Position numbers and translations under genes: made by a program. Positions 10,477-21,284 of a stretch of 64,000 nt of DNA are shown here, one piece after another. How positions within the stretch are numbered: the stretch's first letter is position 1; each line of letters begins with the position of its first letter. The notes below the pieces were generated by a model that worked only from the letters and a program-made list of their open reading frames with translations, made no database searches and had not been told where the DNA came from. The DNA lies in assembly GCA_946965045.2 (NCBI GenBank), contig OX337228.1, positions 6,324,001 to 6,388,000 on the forward strand, written 5' to 3'. This stretch comes from Epithemia pelagica (taxonomy: Eukaryota > Protista > Bacillariophyta).

Positions 10477-11218
10477 TCTACTTCTGCATGGATGGATTTG
10501 GATGACAAGACGACGACGAAGCCCATTTGCTGGAACAGGATTGACACTGTTACTTCTGTACACTTCGTGTTCTTTGGGTTTAGTTGGAGGGAGTTCCTAG
10601 TCCGTTTTGGCGTCTGTTGAAAACCAAAAGCGAATGTCGGTTGTTGTGGAGTTTGGACAGATGTCGTCTCTTCTGGTCGCGCGAAATTGAAAGCGGGTAG
10701 GGTGTCAACTCATACTCTGTAGGGCTATTCGATCTGGTTCGATTGTTGGTTTTGGGGTCTTTGAACGGTACAATTTCATCCATATTGACATTTTAAAGCG
10801 ATCACTTTTAACGAACCCAGCTCTGGAGTTCTGATTGAGAAGTATAGAGTCATTGTACTCATTTACCAAGGACCCGGATGTCCGTCCAGTTTCTCAACTT
10901 CGCATCAGTCACAATGTCTTTTTCGGTCTCTCTACAACCTACCCCAACAAAAAAGCAAACCGCACATACCATTGCGAGAATGCGGAGAGATTGAATGTTC
11001 GAAGGTTTTGGTAAACAAGTAATCAACGAGAACCAACAACCCAATTGTGGCTCATCAAATCTTTCTTCTTGGACCTCATTCCATACTCATCTGCTCTTGA
11101 CGAACAACAGTCACCACAATTAGATTCGGCTTGTTGCTTTCTCGGCGTGAATCCTCTTTATCGTCGGTCATTGACTTGTAACAGCGGTCCAATTATATAC
11201 TACTTGTTCAGAGCACTT

Positions 11219-12646
11219 ATGATGCGTCTTGGAGTCATTTGTTCCTTCCTCATTGCCGTAATGGCAGTGGAGACATCACCAGCAGATGCCAATTTCTTTT
11301 CCCGACAAATCAATGTTGGCGACAGCAACGGGGATGAGAAAAGTTCTGCTCCTGCTGGAGCTGCCTCCAATCTAGGCTCCGAGGCACAGGTCGGAAGCAT
11401 TATCACCTTTTACGATGGTGCCGTATATGCAAAGTTGGGCAACAACAACAGAATTCCGCTGGTTGGATACGGTGTGGGAAATCTGAAACATGATTTGGTC
11501 AAAGGTATGGTTGCATCGGCGCTTCAAGACAACAAGAAAATCATGCTCATTGACACGGCACACGCGAGTCGAAATGAACACTTGGTGGCGGAGGGTATTG
11601 TCAAGGGGCTAGAAAAGTTGGACAAGAACAAGAAAACTGAAGTTCATGTGGTAACAAAAGTCTGGTACACGCACTTGGGATACGAGAGAACAAAAATATC
11701 AATTCAAGAATCGCTCGAGTCCTTGCGACCAGCCTTGGACCATGACAAGGTCAATCTTCGACTGCACGTCCTGCTTCACTGGCCAAGATGTTATTCGAGT
11801 ATTCCCTGGATGGACTGTGAACGAGAGGAACGTGAACTTCCCGAGAATACTCGGTCGGCTGGACCGGATCCTAGCTTGGACCCGGATAATGCCTGGAAGC
11901 ATAGTTGGAGAGCTCTCGAAGACATGTACCTGTCGGACGAATACCCGATTGCCAGTATTGGTCTCTCCAATTTTCACCTCAAGGAGATTGAGCAAGTCGA
12001 GAGTTTTGCCCAGATTCATCCCCATGTTATTCAAATAAATCTGTGGTCACTTCTCTACGATGCCCACTTGATTGACTACTGCCATCAACATAGAATTCAT
12101 GTTCAAGCGTACAACGTTGTTCACGGAACGGTTTCGAATGTTGAACGTGCTCCTCGAGCTTTCCGCCATCTCCAAAAGGTTGCCAAGGATCTCTCAGATG
12201 AACTTGGTGAGCCTTTGACACCCGTTCAGGTCGTTCTCTCATGGCTCATCCAGCATGGTATTTCCGTCATTCCAAGAACATCGAATGTGGTTCGACTAGA
12301 AGAAAACTCGGCCGTCTCTCTTCTCAATGTCCCAGCCTTTAATGATCATCAAGTGGACACGGTTGCCCACGCTGTGGAGGCCTATCTCAGTGGAGACGAT
12401 CTCGATGACATTCATGTGGCCGTCACCTTCCACGCCGTCAGCAAAGACATTATGCTGTATTGGATGGGACATGAGGGTGATGAATCGAGCGAAGTCAAGA
12501 TTGAACTGTTGAATAAGGGAGACAGCTTCAACGAAACGACATATCCTTCACACAAGTTTCGAGCATACGATGCCTACAACAAGGATATTTGGACGGAGCA
12601 CGAAATCACCGGGAACTACGGGGACCATGTCCACATTGAGCTCTAA
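11219..12646 (+). CDS. Signal-peptide-bearing aldo-keto reductase-fold protein with an extra C-terminal beta domain
   Basis: ATG at 11219 gives a hydrophobic leader (MMRLGVICSFLIAVMA). AKR motifs IPLVGYG, IDTA..NE, VVTKVW, LLHWP, IGLSNF, QVVLSWLIQHGISVIPRTS. C-terminal VTFHAVSKDIMLYW...TYPSHKFRAY segment. Confidence 0.85.
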   Translation: MMRLGVICSFLIAVMAVETSPADANFFSRQINVGDSNGDEKSSAPAGAASNLGSEAQVGSIITFYDGAVYAKLGNNNRIPLVGYGVGNLKHDLVKGMVASALQDNKKIMLIDTAHASRNEHLVAEGIVKGLEKLDKNKKTEVHVVTKVWYTHLGYERTKISIQESLESLRPALDHDKVNLRLHVLLHWPRCYSSIPWMDCEREERELPENTRSAGPDPSLDPDNAWKHSWRALEDMYLSDEYPIASIGLSNFHLKEIEQVESFAQIHPHVIQINLWSLLYDAHLIDYCHQHRIHVQAYNVVHGTVSNVERAPRAFRHLQKVAKDLSDELGEPLTPVQVVLSWLIQHGISVIPRTSNVVRLEENSAVSLLNVPAFNDHQVDTVAHAVEAYLSGDDLDDIHVAVTFHAVSKDIMLYWMGHEGDESSEVKIELLNKGDSFNETTYPSHKFRAYDAYNKDIWTEHEITGNYGDHVHIEL

Positions 12647-13179
12647 TGGGTGGCAAGAACTTTTTACAGCCGCCATGATTCACCACTGTACACCTATATT
12701 ATAAAATTCTAGAGTGTTTGCGCACCACCCAGTTCCAACCGAAACATTTCCAATGGCTGGTGGTATTATTTTTCGACACACTTTTCATTACATTCTTTTG
12801 GACTCAGAGGTTAACCGGTAGCAGCCTCATGTGCCGACTCGAGAACAGGACGAAAGAACCGTGAACATTTTCTAAATCAATGATCAAAGGATTAGTAAAG
12901 ATATGTATGAATACAGTAGCGTGTTATGGTGCTACCTTTTATATAAAGTTGTAGATATGTAACAGATTCAAGGTATTTACAGTCCACCTTCTAAATGTCG
13001 TTTCCGTGTGAAACTGGTGGAAGAGAAGAACAAAACTGGGGAGGGTATGAATGTTCCCCTGTCAGAGCCGAGGCCTGTCTTTGGGAAAGGCACCGCAGGC
13101 TTGATACAAAATAAATACAGGTATTGATAACAGAGTGAAAGGTTGAATGAAACAAGGGCGCTTCTTCACCCGACACCAA

Positions 13180-14082
13180 TCACTCATCGTCCAGAATCAC
13201 ATGTGGCATTTCCACATCCGGAATATCGCTAAAAAGAGACTGGACCCGTTGCTCAATCAGTGCAATGTCTCCCAAACGGGCCGTTCTTGATTCCAAAAAG
13301 CCGTGGATTTCCCGTTTGCAATTCGAGTCAATCGCGTCCAATTGATGGAGGGCAGACAGAGTGGAAGCAACAGCAATCACAGAGGGTCGTTTGCTGGAAA
13401 GGACATGATCGAAGACAGCAAGCTCGGCCACAAAGAGAGCCGAGTCAAGAAGAGATATTCTGACAATTTCAGGGAGTCGGGGAGCAAGTTCTCCAACCAA
13501 AAAGTGAACAAAGTCGGCAGGAGTTTGAAGGTGATGGTCCCATGTCAGCTCCGCAATCATTGACTTTCCGGTGGAGACAATATCTCTTTGGCAGATACCC
13601 TTTCGGCTCATGGATACCAACTGTTCAAGAGAAAGATTTCCTGATCCCGCAATGCGAACTGCAAGAAACAAGGCTGACATGGCTTCCACTTGGTAATAAT
13701 GATGGTCGGTGGGACGGCAATTGGTGAACCTGTCCAGAATGTTCATGGCGATATACACGAGTTCTCGTCTCTCGCCAAGATGATCTACCACATCGTAGCA
13801 CCATTGGGTAACCTTTTCACGCCAACAAGGCGCTGACACCAATGCGCCATCTGGATTTCGCCTTCGAACTTTGGCTTGTTCCGAAACAAAGGCTTGGCAT
13901 GTGCTCTCTTCGATTGCCAGCATCTCATCAAACGATCGGGCCTTTCGGTTGGTTGACTGCCTCATCGCTACAGGTATACAAGTCGAAGTCACAGGGCAAA
14001 GTCTTCCATGAACATTTGCTTTGAGACGAGAGGAAGGCATCTTTATCTTTTCGATATCGTTTTGCCTCTGGTTTGCTTCCAT
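13180..14082 (-). CDS. Diatom-specific-type cyclin; start uncertain (ATG at 14082 or 13965)
   Basis: Cyclin box WREKVTQWCYDVVDH...ELVYIAMNILDRF...AMSALFLAVRI; second fold LTWDHHLQTPADFV...ELAVFD. Confidence 0.85.
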   Translation of the reverse strand: MEANQRQNDIEKIKMPSSRLKANVHGRLCPVTSTCIPVAMRQSTNRKARSFDEMLAIEESTCQAFVSEQAKVRRRNPDGALVSAPCWREKVTQWCYDVVDHLGERRELVYIAMNILDRFTNCRPTDHHYYQVEAMSALFLAVRIAGSGNLSLEQLVSMSRKGICQRDIVSTGKSMIAELTWDHHLQTPADFVHFLVGELAPRLPEIVRISLLDSALFVAELAVFDHVLSSKRPSVIAVASTLSALHQLDAIDSNCKREIHGFLESRTARLGDIALIEQRVQSLFSDIPDVEMPHVILDDE

Positions 14083-14405
14083 AAAGAGAACAGTTCGGAA
14101 CTGGGGATTGGGCAATGGAAGATATCAATGGTCCGTTCCCTTCAAGTTCTGCAGGTGGCAGAAGTCTCCTCTCGCGATCACCGTACTCACTTTAGTACAC
14201 GTGGAGTGCATACAGCGCAGTTCTGACGCAGATGAGGCCCCAAAACCATGCGCCAGCAGATGCACCCACCTCATTTTTCTGAGTGGACCATATGGACGCC
14301 ACGCTCTGCCACGACAGTCAGTCCATCCAACACGGAAGCGCGCACGCGCACGCATCTCCATCTCCACCTCCGCCATTATGTGCGTATTATGTGCGCGCCG
14401 TCTCG

Positions 14406-14840
14406 TGACTCATGACTCATGCCTCTTCAGCGAAGTCCAAAGTTGATGTTTTGAAGATCGATCATTCGCATTCCGTTGTGTCGGCAGCAGTCGGCAGCTG
14501 TATAGCTGTAGCTTCAACCGGAGCTACCTACTCCCAATATTTGCTCAAGGTAGTCGGAGGAGGAGTTAGACGACAATCCTCTAGCCTCGATGGCATAGCC
14601 AAACAACGATGTTGGTACAATCATGTAGTGCATGGTGTTAAAGTGTTATTGTGCATAATTGTATTGCTCGAGAATGACTCATAACTATATCAATTCTCGG
14701 CTCTTGTTGTCGTTTCATCCATCATCCGCCACGGAAGAATGAAGAAGCAGTAGACATGATAATAGTTGAGGATGCGCAACAAGCCAGCTCTACCTAGGCA
14801 AAACAACATTCACCACAAGCCGGCCGACATGCATGAGTCA
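14406..14840. promoter_or_regulatory. Cluster of four TGA(C/G)TCA (AP-1/GCN4-type bZIP) sites upstream of the cyclin
   Basis: TGACTCA at 14406-14412, 14413-14419 and 14675-14681; TGAGTCA at 14834-14840. Function is inferred. Confidence 0.5.
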
Positions 14841-15020
14841 CCTTGACGACAATGCCAGGTGTTAGTATTGTGGATTGAGTCGTTGCGTCCCACCAACCAA
14901 AAGAAAGCTGTGTATCACCTCGTGTGGAACACTTGCGCATTTCTGCGACCTTGTTGGTGTCTCATCATCATCGCGGCCAATTCCTACTAGGTACTTCCTT
15001 GGTTCGCCATTTAATTCTCC

Positions 15021-17087
15021 TCATGCTTCTTCTTGAATTTCAATGGTATCATCGACGCTTTCATCGGTAAAGGAGCCTTCGGGCGAATGTCGTGTGGGTG
15101 TGGGCTTGTGGGTTTCATGGGCAGGGGATTTGTCGCCATGATGATGTCCCTTGAGCTTGTCCAAAAAGGTTCCTCGTCCCACCTTTTTCCAATCAAAACC
15201 TCCCGGTTTGGGTGACTGACTTCGACGACTGGTAGTATCCTTGTTGTTTTTGTTGCTGCTGGACTCTCGGTCGGGAGACGAAACCGTTTCGTCCGTACGA
15301 TCCTCCGAGGTGGTTGTGGTGGAACCCGCACCCGATGGTTCCGCCGTGTTGTTATTGTTGTTGTTGTTGGTTGGGTTGGGACTGTTGGACTGCGGGTTGG
15401 GTCCATCGCCCATACGACCGGATTTGACCCATTGCGATATTTTGGATCCAATGCCTTTCATTTGTTCATGTTTGGCCATGAATTCTTGCAAGGGATTGTT
15501 TCCCGTGGACCCCGATCGATGGCGTTGTTGTTGTGCTTGTTGTTGTTGCGCGCCTTGGACGGTATCAATGCCCGCCTCGCGCAGCAATTCATCCTTGAGC
15601 AGGAGTTCATCTTGCAAGGCCTTGGTTTCGGTGGCAGCCGTGGCTTGGGCTCGTAACAACAATTCTTCTTGATCGGTCAAGGCCGTTTTAGTTTCCACCA
15701 ATTGATCACTAATCTTATTGCTGGTGACCGTCAATCGAGCATTTTCCGCCAAGAGTTTGAGGTATTCCTTGGATTGTTCCGAAGCGTAGGGGTAATCAAT
15801 CAAGACACGTCGCCGTGTCCACTTGCGACGACGCACCTTGCGAAGAATACCCTTGTCCCCCGGTTCGGTTCCGGGATTGTCCCAGACCCATTCGGTAGGA
15901 TTGACCTGAAAGTACTGAGCTTCTTGCGCATAGGACCATCCTTGTTCGTCGCAGTCCACGCGTTGTTTGAGCGATGGAACCGAGGAAGAGGGTGCGGCGA
16001 CCCGTTTTTCAATGGTCCATCCACCAATCCACTCCCAGGTTCCGCCATCGTCCGGGAGGGGATATCCATCTTCAATACTCCAGAGATGAGACATGGATTC
16101 ATTGGTCAAGACGCCATGTTTGGACGGAACGTGACTTCCGTTGTGATGGTTGTTGGTAGTGTTGTTGTTGTTGCTTTGTTTGTTGCCTCCGGCCAAAAAG
16201 ACCAACAAGCCGCGATCCTTGGGGTGTTCCGCCGGACGGGCTGGTCGTACGACGGGCAAGCCTTTGAGGACGGGCGGAAAATTCTTGAGTTGACTCGTCC
16301 ATTGCTTTTCTCGCACATCGTACCATTGCCATTCCAAAATTTCTTCCGTTCCAAAGACATGTTCTTGCGCATGCGGCGTCCACGGCAAAATTTCCAACAA
16401 GCGCACCACATACAAGGGCAAGGATCGTGACGCCGAGGGCGTATTCGTCGTCGAGTGTTTGGTCTGCGCCAACGGTTTGGTTGGATCGTCGGCGGCTGCC
16501 GCTGCGGCAATGGCCGGTCGTCCCATGGTCAAGGCATTGACCAAGGCTTGATATTCTTGGACTTGTGTTTCCATGGCCCAATAGGCTCGACGCGTCACTT
16601 CTTTTTCTTCTTCTTTTTCTTCTTCTTTTTGGGGTTCTGGCACTTCCTTCTCCACCACTACTTGGGTGGCTGCTTCTTGTTTGGCAGCTGCTGCTGCTTC
16701 GGTTTGGGCCACCGCCAATTGCTTTTGCAACTCGTGAATGGTATCGGCTTGATGACTTTGTTGCGCCAAAGAGGCTTGGTAGGAGGTTTGCAACACGTCG
16801 TGTTGTTCCATCAACGTTCGTAACTGTGCCTCCAATTCGGCCCGACGCGATCGTTCCCGATCCAATTCATCCAATACATCGCGCAAGACATCTTCTTCTT
16901 GAACCACCACGCGGTCGGTTAGTTGCTGTTGTTGTTGTTGTATTTGTCGTTGTTGAGAGGGTACCGTCGCTGGAGTCGTGACAAGGACTGGATTGTTCAA
17001 GTCCACGGAGGACTCTTGGGTGGTTGTGGTACTACTACTCGAAGTAGGAGGATTGTCGTTCGTTGTGGAAGAGGATGGCATGGTCAT
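15021..17087 (-). CDS. Coiled-coil protein with a dysferlin (DysF/peroxin-type) domain
   Basis: Long ORF with first ATG at 17087. Trp-rich DysF signature LPDDGGTWEWIGGW...DEQGWSYA...VRRRKWTRRR flanked by coiled coils and low-complexity tracts. Confidence 0.75.
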   Translation of the reverse strand: MTMPSSSTTNDNPPTSSSSTTTTQESSVDLNNPVLVTTPATVPSQQRQIQQQQQQLTDRVVVQEEDVLRDVLDELDRERSRRAELEAQLRTLMEQHDVLQTSYQASLAQQSHQADTIHELQKQLAVAQTEAAAAAKQEAATQVVVEKEVPEPQKEEEKEEEKEVTRRAYWAMETQVQEYQALVNALTMGRPAIAAAAAADDPTKPLAQTKHSTTNTPSASRSLPLYVVRLLEILPWTPHAQEHVFGTEEILEWQWYDVREKQWTSQLKNFPPVLKGLPVVRPARPAEHPKDRGLLVFLAGGNKQSNNNNTTNNHHNGSHVPSKHGVLTNESMSHLWSIEDGYPLPDDGGTWEWIGGWTIEKRVAAPSSSVPSLKQRVDCDEQGWSYAQEAQYFQVNPTEWVWDNPGTEPGDKGILRKVRRRKWTRRRVLIDYPYASEQSKEYLKLLAENARLTVTSNKISDQLVETKTALTDQEELLLRAQATAATETKALQDELLLKDELLREAGIDTVQGAQQQQAQQQRHRSGSTGNNPLQEFMAKHEQMKGIGSKISQWVKSGRMGDGPNPQSNSPNPTNNNNNNNTAEPSGAGSTTTTSEDRTDETVSSPDRESSSNKNNKDTTSRRSQSPKPGGFDWKKVGRGTFLDKLKGHHHGDKSPAHETHKPTPTRHSPEGSFTDESVDDTIEIQEEA

Positions 17088-17671
17088 GATTGGTGGTTTG
17101 AGGGCATTGGGGAGCAAAGAAGGGAAAACACACACACACACTTCTTTTGGAGAGAGAAGAAGACCTTGTCAACAACAATCACCAAAAACGAGGAATCCAG
17201 AACCCAAAGATCATTCCACTCTACAACTTCGTGAAAGAAGAAAGTGAGATCTCTCACGAATGCGCTCGAGCACACTCCAACAAACAGTGAGAAAGAGAAA
17301 GGGACGGATCTTTGTCTGTTTGTTGCGGTCCCTATTCGTTCGCGGTACTAACACGCCTGCCACTCGACGGGCGTGGTCGATGTCCGTTGGAGGCAAAAGA
17401 TACCTCTTTTGCTACCCTTTGGGATTCCGGTTGACATAGCTTTACCATAGTATATCAGGATCTATTTTTGGCCACCGGGGCTCTCCTTCGACACAAGATC
17501 TAAAGAATCGACAACATACATGAAGTAACATCAGTCATACGAGCGTTCACTCAAACGAATTTCAATATCATCGTGCCGGCATCCATCGAGCAGCAACAAT
17601 AATCCCTCGAGAGAATCTCCGTGATACACTGAACGCAATCCAAACCGATACACACACAAACATTGGTGATC

Positions 17672-20600
17672 ATGGACGGTGAACCGTATTCGTTGCAGGA
17701 TCCCGACCAGTCGGAGGACTATCCTCTCGAGTCGTCGTCTTCTCAACAACAAAAACCACCACAAGGACCCCCACCTCCACAGTCTCCTCCCCTCGCTGCC
17801 ACAAGTCTGACACCTGTGGGAAGTACCGATCAAGAAGACACCTTTTACGACGAAAATCATGGGCAATATCCTCCAACCCCACAACTACAAGGACGTGTCT
17901 CACCGACTCCTCACGATGAAGCATCGGCCTATCCCAACGAACAGGAGATCCACAACAACAACAATTATTACGGAGGAGGAGGAGGAGAGGAACCAGATCC
18001 ATCCATGGCGACCGATCCATACTTTACCGACCATCATCATCCGGCCAATTATTACGAGACAACCAACAACAACAATCCAGATGACGTCCACGACAATGGC
18101 ATGCAACGACTGGAGGATTCGGCCGCCTTGTATGCGGCATCCCAACCCGAACCACAGGCAAATGTGGACAATGGTTACCCACCGCACGAGGGAACGGACC
18201 ATGCCTACCAATACGCGACGGCGGCTGCTCCCGTCAGCAATCCGAATCTCAACAATGAGTCGGTTGTGGGTGGTGGAGATAGTTCGACGGTCCCCGATAT
18301 CATGGTATTAAATGTCTTGTGTGCGCAAGCCAAGGCTCCCAAAGATGTCAATCACGAAGAATCGGTGGCCGAAGCCGAAGAATCCTGGCAAGCCGTCCGT
18401 GAATGGTTGTCCTCCAACAATGCCGAAACGGTCCGAGCGGCTGCCGAACAACGGGGAGAATCGGGCTTGACCGCCTTGCATTTTGCCTGTCGCAATGTCC
18501 CACCCCTTGATGTGATTAATGTCTTTTTGTCCATTGCAGCCGATACGGTTCAATGGCCCGATTCCTTTGGATGGTTGCCCGTTCATTATGCCTGTGCTTC
18601 AGGATCCGATACCGCCGTCATTCAAGCCTTGACGGAAAGTTTTCCCGAATCCAAAACCACCACCGATCGACGACAACGCACCCCCTTGCATTTTGCCTTG
18701 GGAGAAAAACCAGCTTCGCCCGATGTCATTTTTTTGCTCAGTTCCACGGGAGCTGCCTCGTATCCCGATGAAATTGGCATGTTGGTACGTACCCCTTGAG
18801 AAACATGTGTGCGCGTACCGTGGTGATGGAAGGGACTTGTTGCTGGTCGGCATCGGTATTGCAAGACGTCCTTTCTAGCCGGTGGTTCGACTCACTCGAC
18901 TGTTTTGCTTTCGTGCTTTCTCGGGATCCATATATACTACATTGTAGCCATTGCATTATGCCTGTGCCTTTGGTGCCTCCGAAGAAGTCTTGTATGTACT
19001 CACAGAGGCCTATCCGGATGCCATTACGGCACGCGATTCTCGTCAACGCACACCCCTTCATTTTGCCTTGTCGAATGCCGGTCGCAAGACTGTTCCGGCG
19101 GCGGTCCGGTTGTTGTTGAGTTTGAACAAGACCATTGTCAATTCCATTGACGGAGGACCCTTGCCCTTGCGTGTCTTGGCCGAATACGCCCAAACCATTC
19201 GCAAGGACGATGTCAATCGCGATGAAACACGCGATTCGGTCCATCGATGTTTGGATCATTTGTTACAGGCCAAACCCAAGCCGACGGCCGACTTTTTTAC
19301 CGCCCTCCAAAGTTTGCCCGATTGGTTGTCCGAATCGGCCGTCGTCATGCCGGTCGTGCAAAACTTGTTGAATGAAAAAATCTCGCAACGATTCCCCACG
19401 GCCGTCCTCTTGCTGGACTTTGAAATTTGTACGTGTGTCGAGACAAAGGACTGTGCCTTGACTTTTGAGTGGTCGGAGGTCGTCTGACAATCCAGTTTCT
19501 CTCTTTGTATGTGTTTGTTTGTGACATGTACATGACAGTGGCGTTGATCATTGTGTTCTATTCCTTGGCCGTGGTGAATTCCCTTGACCGTCGTTTCAAT
19601 GGCGATGACGATGTGTCGGTTCCGGTGTCGGTGATTGCACCACTGTACTTTGGATCGGGATACTTTTTGTTGCGAGAATTGATTCAAATCATCAGTTTCA
19701 TTTCACTCAATGTCTTTAAGCTGTGGTTGTACGATCCCAGCAACTACTTGAACGTGGCCTTTACGGCCGTCGTCCTGTCCTGGGCCATTGTCATGCACAA
19801 TGGAACGGGCGATGACGATACCTTTCGCATTGGATCGGCTGTCTCGAGCATTGTCTTGTGGGTCAAGTTATTGGCCTATTTGAGAAACATGTTGATTGAT
19901 TTTGCCGTCTTCGTCCGTGGTGTATTCTTTGTGGTTCGACGGCTCAGTGCCTTTTTGATTTCGCTTTCCATTATTCTCATTGCCTTTGCGCAAATGTTTC
20001 ACACGGTCTTTCAACAAAGTGAAGAATGCGAGGCACAAGGGGTCCGATTCAATGGGACCAATGCCACCCCCTCACAGGCCGAACAAATAATCTTGGAAGC
20101 AACTCGCTGCGACGAAAATCCCTTGTTTTCCTACTGTGATTTTTGGGATTCCTTCTTGTCCGTGTACACCATGCTCTTGGGAGAAGTATCCGAAGTCGAC
20201 TTTTTGAGTTCCGGTGTCGCCATTGCTCTCTTTGTCATTTTCATGTTCATGGTTGTCATTTTGCTGGCCAATGTCTTGATTGCTATCGTTACCGATTCGT
20301 ACAAGGTGATTCAAGATCAAAAGGCGGCCATTGTATTTTGGACGAATCGTCTTGATTTCGTGGCCGAGATGGATGCCATTGCCAATGGTCCGTGGGTTTC
20401 CCGTTATCGTAAATGGCGTGGGAGCGATGACTCCAACGAGCTTGGCGAGGCAGCCTTTGGGAAACAGCTTTGGAAACAAATTATGGAACTCTTTGAAGAA
20501 GATGTCGATGAAGGTGTCTTGTCGGTGGACTTTTTGGCCTACTTTCTCCTCCGTACATTGGCCTGCATGATCATTCCGCTCTGGATTCTGGTCGGGTTGC

Positions 20601-20902
20601 TTACCTTTGGGTGGCTGTGGCCGCCTCAAGTACGTGAGTTTGTCTTTACCAGTACGGTATCGGCTCATTCCAGTGAAACAGCCAAGGAAGATGAATTGAG
20701 AAAGACACAGGTAGCCAATTTGCAACAGGAAGTTTCCATCTTGAAAGAAGATTTGCTTCAAGAATTGGCTATGGACCGGACTCAAGTCCTGCAAATCAAA
20801 TCTCTGATTGCCGAACGGAAACAAGAAATTCACAATGAAATGAGACAGATCAAACGGTTGGTGACCATGCTGTTTGAACGTCAATCGCAATTCACGTCAT
20901 GA
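17672..20902 (+). CDS. Ankyrin-repeat TRP-like cation channel; exons 17672-18784, 18948-19428, 19539-20902 (986 codons)
   Basis: Ankyrin motifs (TALHFAC, LPVHYAC, TPLHFAL, PLHYAC). Multiple TM helices, pore segment YTMLLGE, S6-like ILLANVLIAIVTDSY. GT-AG introns 18785-18947 and 19429-19538 restore the frame. Confidence 0.8.
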
Positions 20903-21284
20903 GAAAAAGACATGAGAACGAAATCCAATACATAGTACATGTCAAGGAACGCTGTACAAGACGAAGCAGTATGCGTTACGAAATCAGTTGTTAACTTTAT
21001 CAGTAAAATTGGGTATCTTTGTAACCAACTCTGGTATTCGTCTCTGTCTCTTCGAGACGGTCCTGTACGACTGAATAAAAGCAACGACAAGGGGTCTCAC
21101 TTGATCCTGATGTATGTCCTATTACATAGACAAAGACTGTATACAAACTCTGGTTCTAATTCTAAGCAGGACTTGGCCTCAGCTCTTTCAAAGGCTGTCT
21201 TTGTCACTCTTCAACAGCGACTTGGGGAGTCGCCAGGGGTCCAACACAAAGTCTACTGCAACAACAACGAGAAGGAGTACGGTT

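Noticed and set aside
10679-10686. E2F-like GCGCGAAA sites (also at 4451 and 60101)
   Set aside because: The same octamer occurs about as often in coding sequence (e.g. ~29710, ~52390, ~59835), so there is no promoter enrichment.
18880-18900. tRNA T-loop-like GGTTCGACTC in the channel intron (similar GGTTCGAATCC near 21974)
   Set aside because: The T-stem does not pair and no cloverleaf forms; the second copy is inside the NUP50 CDS.
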